Shown piece by piece: positions 56,401 through 64,000 of a DNA stretch of 64,000 nt (its first letter is position 1; every line of letters begins with the position of its first letter). Position numbers and translations under genes: made by a program. The DNA comes from Eledone cirrhosa. Its lineage: Eukaryota. The notes below the pieces were generated by a model. It searched no databases. It saw only the letters and a program-made list of their open reading frames with translations, and had not been told where the DNA came from. The stretch spans positions 229,338,001-229,402,000 of the forward strand of contig OZ024742.1 in assembly GCA_964016885.1 (NCBI GenBank), given 5' to 3'.

Positions 56401-57802
56401 TCGCATAAGGTCAAGTAAAAACAGTAACCAACCAAGCCTGGGTTTTAGACGTACATCATCAATTGTTGAAAATATAAATCATAATGGCCTATAAAACTTT
56501 AATAATGCTTTATCTTCTAATCATTTATAATGGAAATAATGTTTGGATGAATGACACTTGTTTAAGAACATGTTGGCATAACCTATGGCTTTTTGATATT
56601 ATTAACTTTGATCCAGACCTTTATTTTTCTATCTCTGTTTTAAATATAGTTTTGATATCTAACCTGTAAATTTTTACTGACCTTATTTTGAACTGTGGAC
56701 GTTTACATTTTTATATATCTATGTATTTTATAGTTATGCATGTATGAATCTTTTATCTAAGATTATAACCGTTATCCTTTACTAAATGTATACTGTCTCA
56801 TTAATACTTAGTATATCTCTCTATATGTAGTTGGTGCAAATATGTTTATATTTTATAACTATAGTTCGGTATGTCTCTGTGTAAATACGTTTATAATATA
56901 TAATAACACAATCATAATTTTTGTTCTGTATAACTCTATATATAGCTTGTCCAAATATATATATATTTATATTATATATTGACATAATCATAATTAGAGT
57001 TCGCTTCTTCCCTAGAAGGCTGAACTAATGTAATGATCTAATATTTAATATATGAATAGATAATAAAATTAATAATGTATAGTCCTCTTATTAAGATTAA
57101 TGCACACATATATATATATTTGCAGCTGAAAACTCTGGTTTAATTGTTATACCTTCGACACTATAACTATTTAACAATTAATTCCTTGATAATTATAGCT
57201 GTAAACTATACGAGTAATATTGTTAAAGATTACCTTTGCGTGAATATTGAACAGTATATATTTCTCTTTCGCGGGCCTAGTAAATCCTTTAAATTTGATT
57301 TCATAAAACTTTGAATTTTAGAAATTTAACACATTTATGAAATTTATAAAATTTATAACACAAATAACCATGAACTTTTAAAACCTATACTTTTGATTAG
57401 TTACCCTAAAATAACATAAATTAAATATTTTGAAATTTAACCGACAAGGCTATACAAGTTTATATGTGTCTGAAGAATATTTGTGCATAAATTACTCGCC
57501 TTTATCTCTCTCTCTTTAATTATCTATCAGTTGCATTCTCAAACTAAAAACTAAAAAAATTATACCTCCAGATATCTATAGTTTTCTTCTATAGTCCTAC
57601 AGTAGTATTTCAAACTTTAATAACTCTCTAACTGTTACATTAAAGCAATCTTTTTCTTACTCACACCCTCTCTATTGATTCTATTACGTTTTCGGATGTT
57701 CTCATTTGTAGGGTATACATATTGAGTTTTCTCACAAGTTAATCACTACCTTGATTAAATCTTAACCATTTAACATGTCAGGGTATGTCATGTATCATTT
57801 TA

Positions 57803-57866
57803 TTTTATCTGATGAGGACGTACTATTGAACTTGATTCAAGTACCTCTGAAATATGTATAATAAAA
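57803..57866 (+). ncRNA. Minimal hammerhead ribozyme in the 3' pLTR
   Basis: TTTTAT-CTGATGA-GGACGTAC..TTGAA CTTGA TTCAA GTACCTCT-GAAA-TATGTA-TA-ATAAAA. Confidence 0.85.
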
Positions 57867-58007
57867 TTTAATTGATCACAAGAACATCTATTCTATTAAT
57901 ATTTGAATTTTATATTACTAACTCTGGAAAATATTTTGCTGTAGAGTGCTTTCAATCTACTGTAAAACACATTCTTTGATGAACTCATTGAATCTTGTTT
58001 AACTCTT

Positions 58008-58078
<71 letters not shown>

Positions 58079-58379
58079 ATGTTAGCTGTAATATAGCTGT
58101 ATATATGAGATACGGGAATTTGTATATCTGGCGATATACGGAGTGTTTATAAATAGAAAACACATTTTGAAAGCCTGAATTAAAAAAACTCTTGGCGTAT
58201 CGTCATCTAGCAGATTCTAGCAGAAGCTGACGATGGGTAATTTGCGACAACAACGTCGTCGTATCTGACTCTCGCTGTTATCGAGTTAGCGCTCCTTACC
58301 TCGCTCGCTGCTGGAACTCACTATAGGCGAAAACATATATTTTAGACGACTATTTACATGGGCTGATTAGCCTCGTTTG

Positions 58380-58488
<109 letters not shown>

Positions 58489-58658
58489 CTAATCAGCCAC
58501 TCTCCCAACCTTTGCCGAAAATATAAGCAAGTGACATAGTCACTACTTTAAAACTGATAGCGAATGGTCTTCTAAATGTTTTTAATTAAACATACGGTAT
58601 ATTGCCAAATATACTATACATATATTCATGTATACATCGCTATTTCAGAGCACCAATC

Positions 58659-58753
<95 letters not shown>

Positions 58754-58754
58754 G

Positions 58755-58838
<84 letters not shown>

Positions 58839-58964
58839 TACCAAAAATATAGGGTAGTGTCCGTATGAAGAACTCAATGTAACCAAATATCATGAAAAGA
58901 GAAGATGTATTCAAAAGTTTTTTCGATGAAAGTCACAGGAAAACAGAGTCAAGATAAATTAATA

Positions 58965-59282
58965 AAAACAATGAATAACAACAAAGAAACAGTTCCTTAT
59001 ATTAAAAAATTCATCATTTTGCGATCGTTTCTAGGATATATATATGTGTGTGTTGGTATGTATATCATATAGATCTATGTAAAAATTTTACAAACAATCA
59101 GAGGGAATATACATATCTACACATATATATGCTGTCTTCAGAAATAAATATATGTGTAGGTATGTATTACATATATCTATATGATATACATACCAATACA
59201 CACATATATATCCTAGAAACGATCGTAAAATGATGAATTTTTTAATATAAGGAACTGTTTCTTTGTTTTTATTCATTGTTTC
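58965..59282. repeat. Fold-back pLTR fragment (~115-bp arms) carrying a degenerate hammerhead
   Basis: 58967-59082 is inverted at 59167-59281; GAAA-CGATCG-YA-AAAT in both arms. Confidence 0.8.
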
Positions 59283-59865
59283 TCTTAATTTATATATAAA
59301 TATATATCAGCAGAGCTCAACAGAAAACCAGGGCTCTCACAGTAATATAATCCGAAAAAGGGAATTCTAAAACTGGCTAGTTCGCCTTCATGTGTATTTA
59401 TGAAAAAGCACATGAGGAAAAAACGGGGCTAGTGACGTCAGGATGGAAGTGAATGTTTATTTACAAGAAATAGCAGTCAAATACATTCTGAAAAAAAAAC
59501 TCTACAAAGGAGTTCAGCAAAATAGCAATAATTATCACAGTTTTTATGAAAAAAACCGGGATTAGTCACAGATAGTTTAAGCACTCTAGGAAAAGAATCC
59601 GAGTATAAATATAAATGAGAGGTATAGAGATTGTTTTAGCAAGAAGCTAACGGCATTCTATAACATATATGCGACTATAACGTCAAGATGGGAAAAGTAG
59701 TTAACGAAAGATTTAGGAAAAATAACTCAAACTCATCTCAAAAGAGAATCAGGATATAAATTCATCCACAGAATTTAGTAAAATCCAGGGAAAATCTATA
59801 GACCTTTAACTCATGATAAAATAAAGTTTGAAACACTTATCCTTCAATTTGGAATAACATCAAAT

Positions 59866-59947
59866 GCTCTGTATAGTCTTAAAAGACTATTTCATGAAAA
59901 CTTTCAGTGGAGATGGTCACGGTTGGAATTTCAATCATCAGCAGAGC
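59866..59947 (-). ncRNA. Type I hammerhead ribozyme
   Basis: Reverse complement of 60604-60685. Confidence 0.88.
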
Positions 59948-60603
59948 TCAACAGAAAACCAGGGCTCTCACAGTAATATAATCCGAATGAAATTCCAACC
60001 GTGACCATCTCCAGTGAAAGTTTTCATGAAATAGTCTTTTAAGACTATACAGAGCATTTGATGTTATTCCAAATTGAAGGATAAGTGTTTCAAACTTTAT
60101 TTTATCATGAGTTAAAGGTCTATAGATTTTCCCTGGATTTTACTAAATTCTGTGGATGAATTTATATCCTGATTCTCTTTTGAGATGAGTTTGAGTTATT
60201 TTTCCTAAATCTTTCGTTAACTACTTTTCCCATCTTGACGTTATAGTCGCATATATGTTATAGAATGCCGTTAGCTTCTTGCTAAAACAATCTCTATACC
60301 TCTCATTTATATTTATACTCGGATTCTTTTCCTAGAGTGCTTAAACTATCTGTGACTAATCCCGGTTTTTTTCATAAAAACTGTGATAATTATTGCTATT
60401 TTGCTGAACTCCTTTGTAGAGTTTTTTTTCAGAATGTATTTGACTGCTATTTCTTGTAAATAAACATTCACTTCCATCCTGACGTCATTAGCCCCGTTTT
60501 TTCCTCATGTGCTTTTTCATAAATACACATGAAGGCGAACTAGCCAGTTTTAGAATTCCCTTTTTCGGATTATATTACTGTGAGAGCCCTGGTTTTCTGT
60601 TGA

Positions 60604-60685
60604 GCTCTGCTGATGATTGAAATTCCAACCGTGACCATCTCCACTGAAAGTTTTCATGAAATAGTCTTTTAAGACTATACAGAGC
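60604..60685 (+). ncRNA. Type I hammerhead ribozyme
   Basis: GCTCTG-CTGATGA-TTGAAA...TTTCAT-GAAA-TAGTC TTTTAA GACTA-TA-CAGAGC; predicted cleavage after 60679. Confidence 0.9.
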
Positions 60686-60999
60686 ATTTGATGTTATTCC
60701 AAATTGAAGGATAAGTGTTTCAAACTTTATTTTATCATGAGTTAAAGGTCTATAGATTTTCCCTGGATTTTACTAAATTCTGTGGATGAATTTATATCCT
60801 GATTCTCTTTTGAGATGAGTTTGAGTTATTTTTCCTAAATCTTTCGTTAACTACTTTTCCCATCTTGACGTTATAGTCGCATATATGTTATAGAATGCCG
60901 TTAGTTTCTTGCTAAAACAATCTCTATACCTCTCATTTATAAATATATATATATATTTAAACAAAATTTGCTATTCATCAATTTTATATCGAATAATAA

Positions 61000-61197
61000 T
61001 GATTTCTAGTATAGGCACAAGGCCAGTAATTTTGGGGAGGGGAAAATCGATTAAATCGACCCCAGTACGTTACTGGTGTTTATTTTATCGGCCCCGTAAG
61101 GATGAAAGGCAAAGTTAATCTCGGCGTGATTTGAACTCAGATCGTAAAGGGCCGTAACTCTATGCTGCAAAGCATTGTGTCCGACTCTCTACCGACA
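61000..61197 (-). mobile_element. tRNA-derived SINE copy
   Basis: Family consensus, reverse strand. Confidence 0.85.
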
Positions 61198-61224
61198 CAA
61201 TTCACCGCCCTTTTTTTATATCGT

Positions 61225-61472
61225 ATTCATTTGGTTTGCAAGCTAACAGCCTCATAACCCTATGTTTTAGATTACCATCGCCATCCTTTTGTTCTAGCGT
61301 TGGGAGAAAGAAACAATCTAGTTCTAGTGTGTGGCAGGAAAAGAGAGTTGCACAAACTTGAAAAAATGAAATAACCCTGAAACAATTGTCGTTTGTTTCT
61401 CTCTGCCACCGCTAGAACAAATGGATGACGATAGTCATGTAAAACACACGTTTGCTTGCAAACGAAGCGAAT
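61225..61472. repeat. MITE-like imperfect palindrome
   Basis: TTTGCAAGC/GCTTGCAAA and CATCC.TTTGTTCTAGCG..GAGA.AGAAACAA arms. Confidence 0.6.
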
Positions 61473-61486
61473 ATCATTATTATTCG

Positions 61487-61877
61487 GTGGATTGGCAGCA
61501 TTAGTAGAGGGTCGGACGCCATGCTTTCTAGGATAGAGTTACGTCCCTTTATTGTCTGAGTTCAAATCCCGCTGAGGTTTACTTTGCCTTTCATCCTTAC
61601 GGGGTCGATAAAATAAAGTACCAGTAATACACTGGAATAATAGCTGCCCATGTGCCAATAGTAGAAACAATTATTATTCGGTGGATTGGGAGCATCGTTA
61701 GAGAGTCAGACGCCATACTTTCTAGCATAGAGTTACATCCGTTTATGTTCTGAGTTCAAATCCCGTCGAGGTTAACTTTGCCTTTCATCATTACGGACTC
61801 GATGAAATAAAGTACCAGTAATACAGTGGGATAATTGCTGGCCTTGTCCCAAAAGTAGAAACAATTATTATTATTCG
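61487..61877 (+). mobile_element. Head-to-tail SINE dimer
   Basis: Units start at 61487 and 61681; TTATTATTCG before, between and after. Confidence 0.9.
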
Positions 61878-61894
61878 ATAGAAAAACTCACGAA

Positions 61895-61943
<49 letters not shown>

Positions 61944-62675
61944 TTAAAATAGCAGTGCACTCAAAACATTGATACACTAACTGAATGACCACTCGACGTG
62001 TAAGTATTTTGTAATTGTTTTTATTTGCCCGCGGAAAATTAAACATATGTACTGCGGGAATTGCAAATTCGTTACCTCGGATAGAGGAACTTGAACTCGC
62101 GGGATTCACCCTTCCAGGTAGCTAACTCCGTCTGAATCGCAGTAAATAGGGAGGCGATTCTGAGATCCAGGATGCCACAAGATTCCACCACGATAGTTTC
62201 AAAGATAAGCCTTTAAAAGAACATGACTTACTTCAAAACTTGAGGTCACCAACCTGTCTGGCTATGAGGATTTGGGTTGTCTCTGAATTCACGAAGTAGA
62301 AAGTATCGCTACATGTCGGACACCACACAACGGACTAAGCAGCACAGAATTGAACGATTGTACGGAAATATGACCTATTCCCTTCCTCTGATCTAACCAA
62401 ACACTGATACAGCTACAATAAAAAAGGCAGCTACCTCCAAGCCGCACGTAACGACATCAGTATGATCGTGGCACGAATGCAACAGGCGTCAGATATACGT
62501 GGTCTCAGAGGGCAAATGTTAACACACGCTTCAAATCGTCAACTCATGCCAGGCGACCGGCATAGGGCTAGCTAGACAGCGATATACGCACATATATATA
62601 TATATACACACACATACACACACACACAAACACACATTCACACTCAGACACACAAATATATGTGTATATGTATGC

Positions 62676-62784
<109 letters not shown>

Positions 62785-63073
62785 AAAGAATCAGAGTTGC
62801 ATCATATACATATTTAATTACATATTACGTATGTTTCCCTGCCGATCAGCTCGAGGAACGATCTAGTTATGATCGAACCTGACTCTGTAATCGGAAGCGC
62901 CTCGGAGACTCACTCTCAGACATGAGTCTACATGTTAAAACATATCTCAGGAGCTTCCCAATCCAGAGTCAGGTACGATCATTAATAGATCGTTCTTCAA
63001 GTGGATCGATTGTAATATGCAATTAAACATGTAATATCAAATTAAATATGTATATGATGCAACACTGATTCTT
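62785..63073. repeat. Imperfect palindrome (~120-bp arms)
   Basis: AAAGAATCAG.GTTGCATCATATACATATTTAATT and GAACGATCTA.T.ATGATCG.ACCTGACTCTG are both mirrored. Confidence 0.75.
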
Positions 63074-63166
63074 TATTCCCTTATATATTAATTATTGATA
63101 CTCTGCTCCCCAAGAGCATCCAATGCTCATTCGGCATACTGCCTATGGACGAAATTAACTTCCACC

Positions 63167-63267
<101 letters not shown>

Positions 63268-63782
63268 AATTGAGGTTGGTAATGGCACATGGAATATATA
63301 AGAGACAGAATACTTTTTTGTGAAAAAACATATAATTTTATAAGGTAAGGAAATAATAAAGGGTATAAAAAATGACCGGTTTCGATGGGCCTGCAAAAGC
63401 CATCTTTTCAAATGTTGATTAATATTAAGAAAAATTAATAATAAGAAGAGTTAAAATTTGAGATTTGAAAATTCAAGTATAAAATTCATTGTGGGATTTC
63501 ATAGTAGTTTTCATCTTGGTAGCAGCTCGTTGACTGCTGTGTGCCTTTCTGGTAGTGAATGAGATGTTATTTGGGGGTGTGGGTTATTTTATAAAGGTCA
63601 AATTTAGCAATGGCCAGATGGCCAGCTGCTGGTCAGTGAGGGGGTGGAAGCAATATACATACATATATCTTCCTGTGCTCGGTAGGAGAGGGGAGATTTA
63701 TAGAAACGGATTTAGTGCACTTACACCTATATATACACACATACCTTCATCCACACATACATACATATACAGATACATACAC

Positions 63783-63821
<39 letters not shown>

Positions 63822-63950
63822 CACACATACATACACACACACATACATATACATACACACATACACACACACATATATGTACATACACACACATATATAC
63901 ACACACACACATATATATACATACACATACATCCAGATGCACACATACAT

Positions 63951-63982
<32 letters not shown>

Positions 63983-64000
63983 GTGTACATACACATATAT

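Larger units (their letters stand above)
53058..58010 (+). mobile_element. Penelope-like retroelement (Naiad-type), 5'-truncated, with ~1.2-kb inverted pseudo-LTRs and a 3' tail
   Basis: 53058-54321 is the reverse complement of 56700-57909; RT + GIY-YIG remnants lie between; each repeat has a hammerhead; ~100-bp tail; inserted in (TA)n. Confidence 0.9.
59306..60940. mobile_element. Inverted + tandem array of the 630-bp hammerhead monomer (minus copy 59306-59987, plus copy 59988-60940)
   Basis: Period 631 on the left (CAGAGCTCAA at 59311 and 59942) and 630 on the right (AATTCCAACC at 59991 and 60621); near-identical copies; no ORF. Confidence 0.9.

Overview
AT-rich, microsatellite-dense eukaryotic DNA. 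It is almost certainly from an animal, and the SINE families and (TA)n/(CA)n load suggest a cephalopod such as Octopus (inference). Most ORFs in the supplied track are translated microsatellites. The DNA transposons are a maT/DD37D-like Tc1/mariner, a Chapaev3 with TTA target duplication, a Tigger/pogo and a non-autonomous Helitron. The retroelements are many tRNA-derived SINE copies, RTE, Tx1/L1 and R4/Dong fragments, and a decayed Naiad-type Penelope-like element (RT + GIY-YIG) with 1.2-kb inverted pseudo-LTRs. There are also three splice-compatible exons of an unidentified minus-strand host gene. The main hidden signal is at least 10 foldable type I hammerhead ribozyme motifs, plus degenerate ones, from about 8 unrelated sequence families, nearly all in elements inserted into (TA)n tracts. 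Two stand out: (i) a non-coding ~615-630-bp hammerhead monomer present as longer-than-unit, circularly permuted copies, which is retrozyme-like; (ii) an intact 334-aa RT-less chimeric ORF (R4/Dong-like N-terminus fused to a Naiad GIY-YIG nuclease) followed by a hammerhead-bearing pseudo-LTR. All structures were folded by eye and no searches were run.
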